From Eledone cirrhosa (lineage: Eukaryota): 64,000 nt of DNA. Location of the stretch: the NCBI GenBank assembly GCA_964016885.1, contig OZ024753.1, forward strand, positions 46,872,001 to 46,936,000, written 5' to 3'. A program made the translations under genes and the position numbers. The notes beneath the pieces were generated by a model. That model was given only the letters and a program-made list of their open reading frames with translations. It was not told the origin of the DNA and did not search any database. This document shows positions 49,537 to 64,000 of this stretch, one piece after another. Positions within the stretch are counted from its first letter, which is position 1. Every line of letters begins with the position of its first letter.

Positions 49537-51515
49537 TCATAACGGTACGCGATGGGACCCACCCACAGCCCCGGCGGACAGAATGGAGAAGGCGTTTCCC
49601 CGGAGCACGGCAAGGGAGACGCGCTGGAAAAGCCACTCCAACTCGCGGGGCTCACACCTGCGGCTGGCCAGCTCAGCGCCTATGGTGGTGAGTAAGGAGG
49701 TAGCCCTGGGGCCGAGGACACCAGAAGTCTCCACTTCCAGGGGTACGACCGCAAACCTGTCGGAGAGTGAACGATATGTGAGGAGTTTGGCCCCCTCAGC
49801 CTGACGTGCAGCAGAACCTGGGCCAGTCGCAGACTGCACCAGGTTGCGGCTGCAGAAAGTGTCGGTGCAAGTGGCATCCCAGACGAGGGGTTTGCCACCG
49901 CGGAACGGGAAGATGGTCATGCCATCTAGCCTTTTGCCGTCCCCTCGAGCTGGGAAGGGAAGCCTGCAGCGTCCAAGCCATGCTTAATGACTTCGTTGAG
50001 GGCAGCATGGCGTGGATTGCGGGTGGAGGCCGAAAGAGTCCATGGTGGAACGGCAGCGACATTGGTGTGAGGCCGAGCCTCAGGGAAACGCCGATGCGCA
50101 AGCTATTGTTGTCTAGCTGCGTGCGAGTGGAGAAGGAGGGCAGGGCATGGAGCCAGGCCCCACTGTGGGGTTTGGAGGCTGCACGAAAACAAACAAGGCG
50201 GTGCTGGTCGAGCTGGCACGTGAGCCTGTCTGAGGCCAGGCTGCACTGGATGGCATCCCAAGTGTGTTGGGCGGGACTTGACGTCAACAGGGGGAGAAGG
50301 AGGAGGAACGTCTACTGGGCTAAGTCCCAGCCGGTGCCACGTCTCACAGGCGGCCAGGCGTTCTCTGAACACAGAGGGTTCTGTTGTGTTTTGAAGAACC
50401 CTGCTGAAGAGGACGTGGTACGATGTTACCGACGAAAGATATGCCGGCAAAGCTAGTGAGATCGGGGACTGGAGGCGAAGGCCGCCATACCTGACAGGTA
50501 AAGTTGCATATCTCATCGGCTGCTGCTCGGATACAAGTTTAGGTGTAGCACAGAGTGTATAGAGGAGCTTCGGCATGGCGTAGCAGTTCCTCAGCAGAAA
50601 GAGAACTGGGTGGCCATCAATCAAGCCCAGTCGGCTCGTGAGAGTCTGGACTTGATGGAGGAGCGGATGGCCGGCGGGTGGATCGGTGAGGGCATCCTCT
50701 TTGGGGGGTCACCTGAACCTGGCGGAGAATGGACCGCACGTCCAAGACGGAGACTGCAAAGCTTGCAGCATCGAGGCTGACATTCACCACCTCCGACTTG
50801 GCTGAGTTGACCTGGAGGTCGATTCCCGCCAGGGCAGGAACCACCGATTGAAGGTCATGGCAGACCGCCTGTACGGGCCCACCCAAAGTAGCATCATCCA
50901 GATACCAAACGTTGAGAGGGGCCGTTATACTCCAGGCGATGTGGTCAATACCAAGGGTGAACAGGAGGGGTCCCAAAGGGTTGCCCTGTTGGATCCCAGT
51001 AGCCAAGGGTATGACCGTATCAGCAGCATGGCGCATGCTTGGGGCTCCATATGACAGGTAGGCAGAGGGGGCTCGGCTGAGGCAGGCCTCGAGCAGATGA
51101 TCCCAGCGTAAAGAGTTGAAGGCATTCCTCATGTCAAACTTGACAATGAGGTGGCTGGAGGCCCTGGATGCCGGTTCCGAGTGTTACGGACTTGCAGATT
51201 ACCTTGGCAGCCAGCCTCCGGAAGACATTGCCCACAGCAATGGGGCGTATGCCATCCTCTTTCTTCCTGAGAGCGGTGAGGCTGGCCGAAAAAAAGAGGC
51301 CTCGAGCATAAGAGTCCAGGGCGCCATGGATGAGCCTATTGGTGAGCGCCACAATTGCACTCAGAAGGCGGCGCCCGGCCTCAGCGGAGAGGGGAGATAT
51401 CAACTCCTTGAGGAGGCCTGGTCAGAGACCATCAACATCTCCGCAGCTGCTAGCTGGGAAGGACCTGATGGCGGACATGATGTCTGCATCAGAAGCCACA
51501 AGGAGCAAGTGTGGA
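49537..51515 (-). mobile_element. CRE-like remnant, unit 7
   Basis: Same motifs as unit 2. Confidence 0.88.
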
Positions 51516-52159
51516 TTACAATACAAAACCTCTGAGAATGATTTCTAAGATATTTCACCATAATTAATTTTCATCAATATATATTAATATTATTATTGTT
51601 TATTAGGTCAGGTGGATTGGCCAGAACAATTCTACTCTTCCTTTTTAGATGTCACGATTTTTCATGGCATTCCTGAGATCATTAATCTCCAGCTGGAGAT
51701 CCAGAGACATCTGATGTATGTAGGTGAACCTCAGTCATCCCACTTGGCTCTTACTATGTTTAGGTATCCACCACAGGAGCCAGCTCATCAGGTCATCCTA
51801 CCCTCAGCAGCAATGTCCAGCATCTATTGATTTCCGCTCCCTAGTTATTGTGGTAATCTTCGATATCTGGGAATATATTTCTTCTGCTTAAGGGAGTAAT
51901 AAATATATAGTTTAAAAAAAAACATATATATACACACACATATATATATGTTGTCATTTATAAGAGTTCTCTATCAAAAGCCTTCTCTATGTCCAAAGCT
52001 AAGTATAGTGGCTTATTTTTCTCTAAGAACCTCTTTTGTAGTTGTCTCACTAAGAAGAGGGCATCTGTTGCACTTTTCAGCGGCACAAAACCAAACTGCA
52101 TCTCATACACATACATACATATACATACATACATACATACATATACACATACATACATA

Positions 52160-52514
52160 CATCATCATCATCATCATCATCATCATTTCGTTTTAAGTCC
52201 GCTTTTTCCCTGCTTGTAAGGGTGGGACGGGAACTGATTCTGGCTTGATTTCTAGAGCTGGATGCCCTTCCTAACACCAACCTCATTTACAGTGAGTGCT
52301 GAGTGCTTTTTTGCCGTGGCACCTCCACGACCACTTTGCAGTGGAATGATATGGACCCCAGTCCCTATCATCTCATTTCTACAGCTGAGTAAACTGGAGC
52401 AACGTGAAATAAAGTGTCTTGCTCAAGGAAACAACACATCACCCGGTCTGAGAATTGAACTCACAACTTTTCGATTGCCAGGCCAATGCTCGAACCACTA
52501 AGCCATGTGCCTCC
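52160..52514 (-). mobile_element. Same SINE, unit 7
   Basis: Near-identical to 5048-5387. Confidence 0.8.
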
Positions 52515-53568
52515 ATATACATATACATATACATACACATACATATACATACATATATATATACATACATACATATATACACATACATACATACACATAC
52601 ATACACATATACATACATATACATACATAGATATATATATATACATAATATAAATATACATACATACACATACATAAGCATATACACATAAGTATATATA
52701 CATATACACACGTATATATACATATACATACATACATATATACACATACATACATATATACATACATACATACATATATACATACATACACACATATATA
52801 CATATACACATACATACATATACATACATATACACATACATACATATATATATATACATACACACACATATATACATACACACACATATATACAAACACA
52901 TACATATACACATATATACACATACATACACATACATATACATACATATACACATATACACTCATATATACATATACATACATACACACACATACATACA
53001 TATATACATATACATACATAAAGACAAATCCACCTCATGGACGAGAATGCAAGGGCTCCTCCTCTTTGTTTCGGCCGCGGATGGCTAACCCTAACCCCAT
53101 CCCCGCTCCCCACCGCTCCCAACCTCCAAACGCAATCCAAAACTTCAGAGTTGGTACCATTAATGTAGGCACCTTATAGGGTGGCTCTAACGAGGTTGTA
53201 GAAATGCTTGAACGTAAGGAGGTCGATGTTTGTTGTATTCAAGAGACCAGGTGGAGGGGTGGGTCTGCTAGATTCATCGTGGGTAAAGAACGATGCTATA
53301 AGCTTTTCTGTGTGGCAAATGACAATGGGCTGGGTATACACATACCACCCCACCATCCCACCGCAAAGTGGTCGTGGAGGCGCCGCGGCAAAAAAGCACC
53401 CAGCCCACACTGTAAAGCTGACGTGGAGGTGCCACGGAAAAAAAAAAGCACCCAGCACTCACTGCAAACGGGGTTGGCGTCAGGAAGGGCACCCAGCTGT
53501 GGAAACCAATCCAGAATCAGCTCCCACCCCACCCTTGCAAGCATGGAAAAGCGGACGTATGATGAAGT

Positions 53569-53611
<43 letters not shown>

Positions 53612-54353
53612 TATATATATACACATATATATATACACACATATATATCAGTGTACATATATATATACATATATATATATATATAAATGAATATTTATTC
53701 AATTTAAAGCGCCAATTATCTATATATAACAAGATATGAATTTTTCTAGGGATGGGGGAAATTTTCAGTTTGTTTTTATATTTTCACTTCATTTTTTACT
53801 TTCTATTTAATACAGTCTTTGATCCAATATAATCCTGACAGTATTTGAACCAGTTTACCTCATATATATGTATGCACACACAACACTCAAGTTTCGCCAT
53901 CTACTGCTATTTCATTCATATTTATTGTTTAATTAACTCTGGTCTAATTCATCAACTATTGTTAATTATATTATTACGTAGATTTCTTATAAAATCTAGT
54001 GCATATATACGTGTATATATACAGGGAGACACTGTAATAGATGTAAAGAGAGTGGGAGATAGAGTTATAGAAGTAAAGAGAGGGGGAGAAATAAGCGGTA
54101 GATAGAGTAATAGATGTAAAGAGAGGGTTAGAACGTTCAACTTGACAGTCAGTACAATGTTCAGCATGGTAGCCAGTACATATGCCAACTACCCAACCGG
54201 CCAGCCAGCCGCATATGCGGTTGACTGGCCAGTTGGGCGGTTGGTATGTGGAACGTTCAACTACGCAGTCAGTACCAAAGTTCAACATTGTAGCCAGTGC
54301 ATATGCCGATCGCCGCGCCCTCTTTGCTCTATTTTAATGACCTGGAACTAAGT

Positions 54354-54466
54354 AAAAAGAGTAGGAGATAACTCGACAAGAGCGGAGAGGGTGAGATTCG
54401 AACCATGCAAAGTCGTTGGCTCCTGAAGTTCGTAAGCGGGGCTGCTACTGACTGAGCAGCGCCGGC
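54354..54466 (-). ncRNA. Candidate Pol III tRNA-like RNA, unit 8
   Basis: Type B allele with accatgcaaag. Confidence 0.5.
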
Positions 54467-55461
54467 AGCAAGGCAAATCGCGCATAAAATAACGCTTATA
54501 TCGACAAAAAAAAAAAAAAAATTTCAATGTTGCACTCTTGTTTGTTGTTCTTTTATTTTACGTAAACATTTCGCTGCTCTAGCCTCTTATTTCCTATTAG
54601 ATTACACTTAATTCCATTAAACATTCATTCTTAGTCTCGTGGTAAACTATTTCATCTATATTTATATCGCTGTTACAGCCTTTTATTTCTACATCTATCA
54701 CCTATAGCCACTGTTACGCCGGTAGTATAAGTAGCTTTATAACAAGAAACGATGATATAACTCCACAAAATGTCTTCTTGAGCAAGACACTTCACTTCAT
54801 ATTGCTCCAGTACACCGAGTTACACATAGACAGATACATACATACATACACAGATAGAAATGAGAGGTAGATAGAGTAAAAGATTTAAAGAGAGTGTGAG
54901 AAGTACGAGTTAGATAGTGTAAAAGATTTAAAGAGAGGGTGAGAGTGTGACACACATTTATCTGTCTATCTCTCTCTATTTTAACACCGGTCGTTATAAT
55001 TAGTTTTATAACACCGCTATATTACCGACATGAAAGAGGTAAATAATTATTTCTTAAATGTTTAGAACATGTTTCTCTTGTCTTCTTAAATGTATAGAAC
55101 ATGTTTCTTATTTATATTCTTAACATAGCTAGGACCTTATCTCATTTACTGGTCTCTACTTTTAGGGCTTTGCTGGTCCCATGTGCCCTCCATGAAGACA
55201 CACTCGCCCCTTCTCTCTCAGTCTCCGTACTAATTACTACACATACGTATATATATTTATTTTAAGAAACCTTAATGACAAATAATATAAAGTGTTTGTA
55301 AAGTGGGGAAGAGTAGTTTTACGGTGGGGTTGTTATATAGATATCGTTTTTGCAGTGGGGTCGTGACTGGCGTATAATAATGAGTCACTGTTGATGTATA
55401 TACAAATCATGTTTTGGATATAAGTGAAGTTATTTAAGAGATTTAGTTGTTTTGTATACAT

Positions 55462-57440
55462 TCATAACGGTACGCGATGGGACCCACCCACAGCCCCGGC
55501 GGACAGAATGGAGAAGGCGTTTCCCCGGAGCACGGCAAGGGAGACGCGCTGGAAAAGCCACTCCAACTCGCGGGGCTCACACCTGCGGCTGGCCAGCTCA
55601 GCGCCTATGGTGGTGAGTAAGGAGGTAGCCCTGGGGCCGAGGACACCAGAAGTCTCCACTTCCAGGGGTACGACCGCAAACCTGTCGGAGAGTGAACGAT
55701 ATGTGAGGAGTTTGGCCCCCTCAGCCTGACGTGCAGCAGAACCTGGGCCAGTCGCAGACTGCACCAGGTTGCGGCTGCAGAAAGTGTCGGTGCAAGTGGC
55801 ATCCCAGACGAGGGGTTTGCCACCGCGGAACGGGAAGATGGTCATGCCATCTAGCCTTTTGCCGTCCCCTCGAGCTGGGAAGGGAAGCCTGCAGCGTCCA
55901 AGCCATGCTTAATGACTTCGTTGAGGGCAGCATGGCGTGGATTGCGGGTGGAGGCCGAAAGAGTCCATGGTGGAACGGCAGCGACATTGGTGTGAGGCCG
56001 AGCCTCAGGGAAACGCCGATGCGCAAGCTATTGTTGTCTAGCTGCGTGCGAGTGGAGAAGGAGGGCAGGGCATGGAGCCAGGCCCCACTGTGGGGTTTGG
56101 AGGCTGCACGAAAACAAACAAGGCGGTGCTGGTCGAGCTGGCACGTGAGCCTGTCTGAGGCCAGGCTGCACTGGATGGCATCCCAAGTGTGTTGGGCGGG
56201 ACTTGACGTCAACAGGGGGAGAAGGAGGAGGAACGTCTACTGGGCTAAGTCCCAGCCGGTGCCACGTCTCACAGGCGGCCAGGCGTTCTCTGAACACAGA
56301 GGGTTCTGTTGTGTTTTGAAGAACCCTGCTGAAGAGGACGTGGTACGATGTTACCGACGAAAGATATGCCGGCAAAGCTAGTGAGATCGGGGACTGGAGG
56401 CGAAGGCCGCCATACCTGACAGGTAAAGTTGCATATCTCATCGGCTGCTGCTCGGATACAAGTTTAGGTGTAGCACAGAGTGTATAGAGGAGCTTCGGCA
56501 TGGCGTAGCAGTTCCTCAGCAGAAAGAGAACTGGGTGGCCATCAATCAAGCCCAGTCGGCTCGTGAGAGTCTGGACTTGATGGAGGAGCGGATGGCCGGC
56601 GGGTGGATCGGTGAGGGCATCCTCTTTGGGGGGTCACCTGAACCTGGCGGAGAATGGACCGCACGTCCAAGACGGAGACTGCAAAGCTTGCAGCATCGAG
56701 GCTGACATTCACCACCTCCGACTTGGCTGAGTTGACCTGGAGGTCGATTCCCGCCAGGGCAGGAACCACCGATTGAAGGTCATGGCAGACCGCCTGTACG
56801 GGCCCACCCAAAGTAGCATCATCCAGATACCAAACGTTGAGAGGGGCCGTTATACTCCAGGCGATGTGGTCAATACCAAGGGTGAACAGGAGGGGTCCCA
56901 AAGGGTTGCCCTGTTGGATCCCAGTAGCCAAGGGTATGACCGTATCAGCAGCATGGCGCATGCTTGGGGCTCCATATGACAGGTAGGCAGAGGGGGCTCG
57001 GCTGAGGCAGGCCTCGAGCAGATGATCCCAGCGTAAAGAGTTGAAGGCATTCCTCATGTCAAACTTGACAATGAGGTGGCTGGAGGCCCTGGATGCCGGT
57101 TCCGAGTGTTACGGACTTGCAGATTACCTTGGCAGCCAGCCTCCGGAAGACATTGCCCACAGCAATGGGGCGTATGCCATCCTCTTTCTTCCTGAGAGCG
57201 GTGAGGCTGGCCGAAAAAAAGAGGCCTCGAGCATAAGAGTCCAGGGCGCCATGGATGAGCCTATTGGTGAGCGCCACAATTGCACTCAGAAGGCGGCGCC
57301 CGGCCTCAGCGGAGAGGGGAGATATCAACTCCTTGAGGAGGCCTGGTCAGAGACCATCAACATCTCCGCAGCTGCTAGCTGGGAAGGACCTGATGGCGGA
57401 CATGATGTCTGCATCAGAAGCCACAAGGAGCAAGTGTGGA
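55462..57440 (-). mobile_element. CRE-like remnant, unit 8
   Basis: Same motifs as unit 2. Confidence 0.88.
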
Positions 57441-58084
57441 TTACAATACAAAACCTCTGAGAATGATTTCTAAGATATTTCACCATAATTAATTTTCATC
57501 AATATATATTAATATTATTATTGTTTATTAGGTCAGGTGGATTGGCCAGAACAATTCTACTCTTCCTTTTTAGATGTCACGATTTTTCATGGCATTCCTG
57601 AGATCATTAATCTCCAGCTGGAGATCCAGAGACATCTGATGTATGTAGGTGAACCTCAGTCATCCCACTTGGCTCTTACTATGTTTAGGTATCCACCACA
57701 GGAGCCAGCTCATCAGGTCATCCTACCCTCAGCAGCAATGTCCAGCATCTATTGATTTCCGCTCCCTAGTTATTGTGGTAATCTTCGATATCTGGGAATA
57801 TATTTCTTCTGCTTAAGGGAGTAATAAATATATAGTTTAAAAAAAAACATATATATACACACACATATATATATGTTGTCATTTATAAGAGTTCTCTATC
57901 AAAAGCCTTCTCTATGTCCAAAGCTAAGTATAGTGGCTTATTTTTCTCTAAGAACCTCTTTTGTAGTTGTCTCACTAAGAAGAGGGCATCTGTTGCACTT
58001 TTCAGCGGCACAAAACCAAACTGCATCTCATACACATACATACATATACATACATACATACATACATATACACATACATACATA

Positions 58085-58439
58085 CATCATCATCATCATC
58101 ATCATCATCATTTCGTTTTAAGTCCGCTTTTTCCCTGCTTGTAAGGGTGGGACGGGAACTGATTCTGGCTTGATTTCTAGAGCTGGATGCCCTTCCTAAC
58201 ACCAACCTCATTTACAGTGAGTGCTGAGTGCTTTTTTGCCGTGGCACCTCCACGACCACTTTGCAGTGGAATGATATGGACCCCAGTCCCTATCATCTCA
58301 TTTCTACAGCTGAGTAAACTGGAGCAACGTGAAATAAAGTGTCTTGCTCAAGGAAACAACACATCACCCGGTCTGAGAATTGAACTCACAACTTTTCGAT
58401 TGCCAGGCCAATGCTCGAACCACTAAGCCATGTGCCTCC
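58085..58439 (-). mobile_element. Same SINE, unit 8
   Basis: Near-identical to 5048-5387. Confidence 0.8.
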
Positions 58440-59493
58440 ATATACATATACATATACATACACATACATATACATACATATATATATACATACATACATA
58501 TATACACATACATACATACACATACATACACATATACATACATATACATACATAGATATATATATATACATAATATAAATATACATACATACACATACAT
58601 AAGCATATACACATAAGTATATATGCATATACACACGTATATATACATATACATACATACATATATACACATACATACATATATACATACATACATACAT
58701 ATATACATACATACACACATATATACATATACACATACATACATATACATACATATACACATACATACATATATATATATACATACACACACATATATAC
58801 ATACACACACATATATACAAACACATACATATACACATATATACACATACATACACATACATATACATACATATACACATATACACTCATATATACATAT
58901 ACATACATACACACACATACATACATATATACATATACATACATAAAGACAAATCCACCTCATGGACGAGAATGCAAGGGCTCCTCCTCTTTGTTTCGGC
59001 CGCGGATGGCTAACCCTAACCCCATCCCCGCTCCCCACCGCTCCCAACCTCCAAACGCAATCCAAAACTTCAGAGTTGGTACCATTAATGTAGGCACCTT
59101 ATAGGGTGGCTCTAACGAGGTTGTAGAAATGCTTGAACGTAAGGAGGTCGATGTTTGTTGTATTCAAGAGACCAGGTGGAGGGGTGGGTCTGCTAGATTC
59201 ATCGTGGGTAAAGAACGATGCTATAAGCTTTTCTGTGTGGCAAATGACAATGGGCTGGGTATACACATACCACCCCACCATCCCACCGCAAAGTGGTCGT
59301 GGAGGCGCCGCGGCAAAAAAGCACCCAGCCCACACTGTAAAGCTGACGTGGAGGTGCCACGGAAAAAAAAAAGCACCCAGCACTCACTGCAAACGGGGTT
59401 GGCGTCAGGAAGGGCACCCAGCTGTGGAAACCAATCCAGAATCAGCTCCCACCCCACCCTTGCAAGCATGGAAAAGCGGACGTATGATGAAGT

Positions 59494-59536
<43 letters not shown>

Positions 59537-60278
59537 TATATATATACACATATATATATACACACATATATATCAGTGTACATATATATATACATATATA
59601 TATATATATAAATGAATATTTATTCAATTTAAAGCGCCAATTATCTATATATAACAAGATATGAATTTTTCTAGGGATGGGGGAAATTTTCAGTTTGTTT
59701 TTATATTTTCACTTCATTTTTTACTTTCTATTTAATACAGTCTTTGATCCAATATAATCCTGACAGTATTTGAACCAGTTTACCTCATATATATGTATGC
59801 ACACACAACACTCAAGTTTCGCCATCTACTGCTATTTCATTCATATTTATTGTTTAATTAACTCTGGTCTAATTCATCAACTATTGTTAATTATATTATT
59901 ACGTAGATTTCTTATAAAATCTAGTGCATATATACGTGTATATATACAGGGAGACACTGTAATAGATGTAAAGAGAGTGGGAGATAGAGTTATAGAAGTA
60001 AAGAGAGGGGGAGAAATAAGCGGTAGATAGAGTAATAGATGTAAAGAGAGGGTTAGAACGTTCAACTTGACAGTCAGTACAATGTTCAGCATGGTAGCCA
60101 GTACATATGCCAACTACCCAACCGGCCAGCCAGCCGCATATGCGGTTGACTGGCCAGTTGGGCGGTTGGTATGTGGAACGTTCAACTACGCAGTCAGTAC
60201 CAAAGTTCAACATTGTAGCCAGTGCATATGCCGATCGCCGCGCCCTCTTTGCTCTATTTTAATGACCTGGAACTAAGT

Positions 60279-60391
60279 AAAAAGAGTAGGAGATAACTCG
60301 ACAAGAGCGGAGAGGGTGAGATTCGAACCATGCAAAGTCGTTGGCTCCTGAAGTTCGTAAGCGGGGCTGCTACTGACTGAGCAGCGCCGGC
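60279..60391 (-). ncRNA. Candidate Pol III tRNA-like RNA, unit 9
   Basis: Same allele as unit 8. Confidence 0.5.
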
Positions 60392-61386
60392 AGCAAGGCA
60401 AATCGCGCATAAAATAACGCTTATATCGACAAAAAAAAAAAAAAAATTTCAATGTTGCACTCTTGTTTGTTGTTCTTTTATTTTACGTAAACATTTCGCT
60501 GCTCTAGCCTCTTATTTCCTATTAGATTACACTTAATTCCATTAAACATTCATTCTTAGTCTCGTGGTAAACTATTTCATCTATATTTATATCGCTGTTA
60601 CAGCCTTTTATTTCTACATCTATCACCTATAGCCACTGTTACGCCGGTAGTATAAGTAGCTTTATAACAAGAAACGATGATATAACTCCACAAAATGTCT
60701 TCTTGAGCAAGACACTTCACTTCATATTGCTCCAGTACACCGAGTTACACATAGACAGATACATACATACATACACAGATAGAAATGAGAGGTAGATAGA
60801 GTAAAAGATTTAAAGAGAGTGTGAGAAGTACGAGTTAGATAGTGTAAAAGATTTAAAGAGAGGGTGAGAGTGTGACACACATTTATCTGTCTATCTCTCT
60901 CTATTTTAACACCGGTCGTTATAATTAGTTTTATAACACCGCTATATTACCGACATGAAAGAGGTAAATAATTATTTCTTAAATGTTTAGAACATGTTTC
61001 TCTTGTCTTCTTAAATGTATAGAACATGTTTCTTATTTATATTCTTAACATAGCTAGGACCTTATCTCATTTACTGGTCTCTACTTTTAGGGCTTTGCTG
61101 GTCCCATGTGCCCTCCATGAAGACACACTCGCCCCTTCTCTCTCAGTCTCCGTACTAATTACTACACATACGTATATATATTTATTTTAAGAAACCTTAA
61201 TGACAAATAATATAAAGTGTTTGTAAAGTGGGGAAGAGTAGTTTTACGGTGGGGTTGTTATATAGATATCGTTTTTGCAGTGGGGTCGTGACTGGCGTAT
61301 AATAATGAGTCACTGTTGATGTATATACAAATCATGTTTTGGATATAAGTGAAGTTATTTAAGAGATTTAGTTGTTTTGTATACAT

Positions 61387-63365
61387 TCATAACGGTACGC
61401 GATGGGACCCACCCACAGCCCCGGCGGACAGAATGGAGAAGGCGTTTCCCCGGAGCACGGCAAGGGAGACGCGCTGGAAAAGCCACTCCAACTCGCGGGG
61501 CTCACACCTGCGGCTGGCCAGCTCAGCGCCTATGGTGGTGAGTAAGGAGGTAGCCCTGGGGCCGAGGACACCAGAAGTCTCCACTTCCAGGGGTACGACC
61601 GCAAACCTGTCGGAGAGTGAACGATATGTGAGGAGTTTGGCCCCCTCAGCCTGACGTGCAGCAGAACCTGGGCCAGTCGCAGACTGCACCAGGTTGCGGC
61701 TGCAGAAAGTGTCGGTGCAAGTGGCATCCCAGACGAGGGGTTTGCCACCGCGGAACGGGAAGATGGTCATGCCATCTAGCCTTTTGCCGTCCCCTCGAGC
61801 TGGGAAGGGAAGCCTGCAGCGTCCAAGCCATGCTTAATGACTTCGTTGAGGGCAGCATGGCGTGGATTGCGGGTGGAGGCCGAAAGAGTCCATGGTGGAA
61901 CGGCAGCGACATTGGTGTGAGGCCGAGCCTCAGGGAAACGCCGATGCGCAAGCTATTGTTGTCTAGCTGCGTGCGAGTGGAGAAGGAGGGCAGGGCATGG
62001 AGCCAGGCCCCACTGTGGGGTTTGGAGGCTGCACGAAAACAAACAAGGCGGTGCTGGTCGAGCTGGCACGTGAGCCTGTCTGAGGCCAGGCTGCACTGGA
62101 TGGCATCCCAAGTGTGTTGGGGGGGACTTGACGTCAACAGGGGGAGAAGGAGGAGGAACGTCTACTGGGCTAAGTCCCAGCCGGTGACACGTCTCACAGG
62201 CGGCCACGCGTTCTCTGAACACAGAGGGTTCTGTTGTGTTTTGAAGAACCCTGCTGAAGAGGACGTGGTACGAGGTTACCGACGAAAGATATGCCGGCAA
62301 AGCTAGTGAGATCGGGGACTGGAGGCGAAGGCCGCCATACCTGACAGGTAAAGTTGCATATCTCATCGGCTGCTGCTCGGATACAAGTTTAGGTGTAGCA
62401 CAGAGTGTATAGAGGAGCTTCGGCATGGCGTAGCAGTTCCTCAGCAGAAAGAGAACTGGGTGGCCATCAATCAAGCCCAGTCGGCTCGTGAGAGTCTGGA
62501 CTTGATGGAGGAGCGGATGGCCGGCGGGTGGATCGGTGAGGGCATCCTCTTTGGGGGGTCACCTGAACCTGGCGGAGAATGGACCGCACGTCCAAGACGG
62601 AGACTGCAAAGCTTGCAGCATCGAGGCTGACATTCACCACCTCCGACTTGGCTGAGTTGACCTGGAGGTCGATTCCCGCCAGGGCAGGAACCACCGATTG
62701 AAGGTCATGGCAGACCGCCTGTACGGGCCCACCCAAAGTAGCATCATCCAGATACCAAACGTTGAGAGGGGCCGTTATACTCCAGGCGATGTGGTCAATA
62801 CCAAGGGTGAACAGGAGGGGTCCCAAAGGGTTGCCCTGTTGGATCCCAGTAGCCAAGGGTATGACCGTATCAGCAGCATGGCGCATGCTTGGGGCTCCAT
62901 ATGACAGGTAGGCAGAGGGGGCTCGGCTGAGGCAGGCCTCGAGCAGATGATCCCAGCGTAAAGAGTTGAAGGCATTCCTCATGTCAAACTTGACAATGAG
63001 GTGGCTGGAGGCCCTGGATGCCGGTTCCGAGTGTTATGGACTTGCAGATTACCTTGGCAGCCAGCCTCCGGAAGACATTGCCCACAGCAATGGGGCGTAT
63101 GCCATCCTCTTTCTTCCTGAGAGCGGTGAGGCTGGCCGAAAAAAAGAGGCCTCGAGCATAAGAGTCCAGGGCGCCATGGATGAGCCTATTGGTGAGCGCC
63201 ACAATTGCACTCAGAAGGCGGCGCCCGGCCTCAGCGGAGAGGGGAGATATCAACTCCTTGAGGAGGCCTGGTCAGAGACCATCAACATCTCCGCAGCTGC
63301 TAGCTGGGAAGGACCTGATGGCGGACATGATGTCTGCATCAGAAGCCACAAGGAGCAAGTGTGGA
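61387..63365 (-). mobile_element. CRE-like remnant, unit 9
   Basis: Same motifs as unit 2. Confidence 0.88.
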
Positions 63366-64000
63366 TTACAATACAAAACCTCTGAGAATGATTTCTAAGA
63401 TATTTCACCATAATTAATTTTCATCAATATATATTAATATTATTATTGTTTATTAGGTCAGGTGGATTGGCCAGAACAATTCTACTCTTCTTTTTTAGAT
63501 GTCACGATTTTTCATGGCATTCCTGAGATCATTAATCTCCAGCTGGAGATCCAGAGACATCTGATGTATGTAGGTGAACCTCAGTCATCCCACTAGGGTC
63601 TTACTATGTTTAGGTATCCACCACAGGAGCCAGCTCATCAGGTCATCCTACCCTCAGCAGCAATGTCCAGCATCTATTGATTTCCGCTCCCTAGTTATTG
63701 TGGTAATCTTCGATATCTGGGAATATATTTCTTCTGCTTAAGGGAGTAATAAATATATAGTTTTAAAAAAAACATATATATACACACACATATATATATG
63801 TTGTCATTTATAAGAGTTCTCTATCAAAAGCCTTCTCTATGTCCAAAGCTAAGTATAGTGGCTTATTTTTCTCTAAGAACCTCTTTTGTAGTTGTCTCAC
63901 TAAGAAGAGGGCATCTGTTGCACTTTTCAGCGGCTTAATTAATTAATGAGGTTTAATTAATGAGGAATTTTGAGGTATTTATAACAATTATTAATTATTT

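Larger units (their letters stand above)
41375..63934. repeat. Tandem block 3: four units (types A, B, B, B)
   Basis: Marker ORF at 43552, 49499, 55424 and 61349 (periods 5947, 5925, 5925). Confidence 0.97.

Overview
AT-rich animal DNA dense in microsatellites; the SINE and RTE families suggest an octopod cephalopod (inference). No host protein-coding gene is visible. The whole window is a higher-order tandem array. Nine copies of a ~5.9 kb unit occur in three blocks (3, 2 and 4 units: 184-16838, 21840-32555, 41375-63934), separated by a ~5 kb spacer. Each unit is mostly retroelement debris: a 5'-truncated, frameshifted CRE-clade RT/RLE element, RTE fragments, a tRNA-head/CORE-like/RTE-tail SINE, and an internally deleted RTE. 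Each unit also has one CpG-rich non-coding module: a ~113-nt candidate Pol III transcript (TATA, A-like box, B box, T5) next to a 35-bp hairpin bracketed by ~56-bp direct repeats. The spacer holds a ~23-bp minisatellite, a dead RTE copy and a ~680-bp fold-back with convergent tRNA-like heads. One spacer carries a full-length, intact RTE LINE (34127-37938; 1039-aa APE-RT ORF with a PHD finger inside the RT) that is absent from the other spacer. Diagnostic variants record unequal crossover and patchy exchange between units. All alignments and folds were done by eye.
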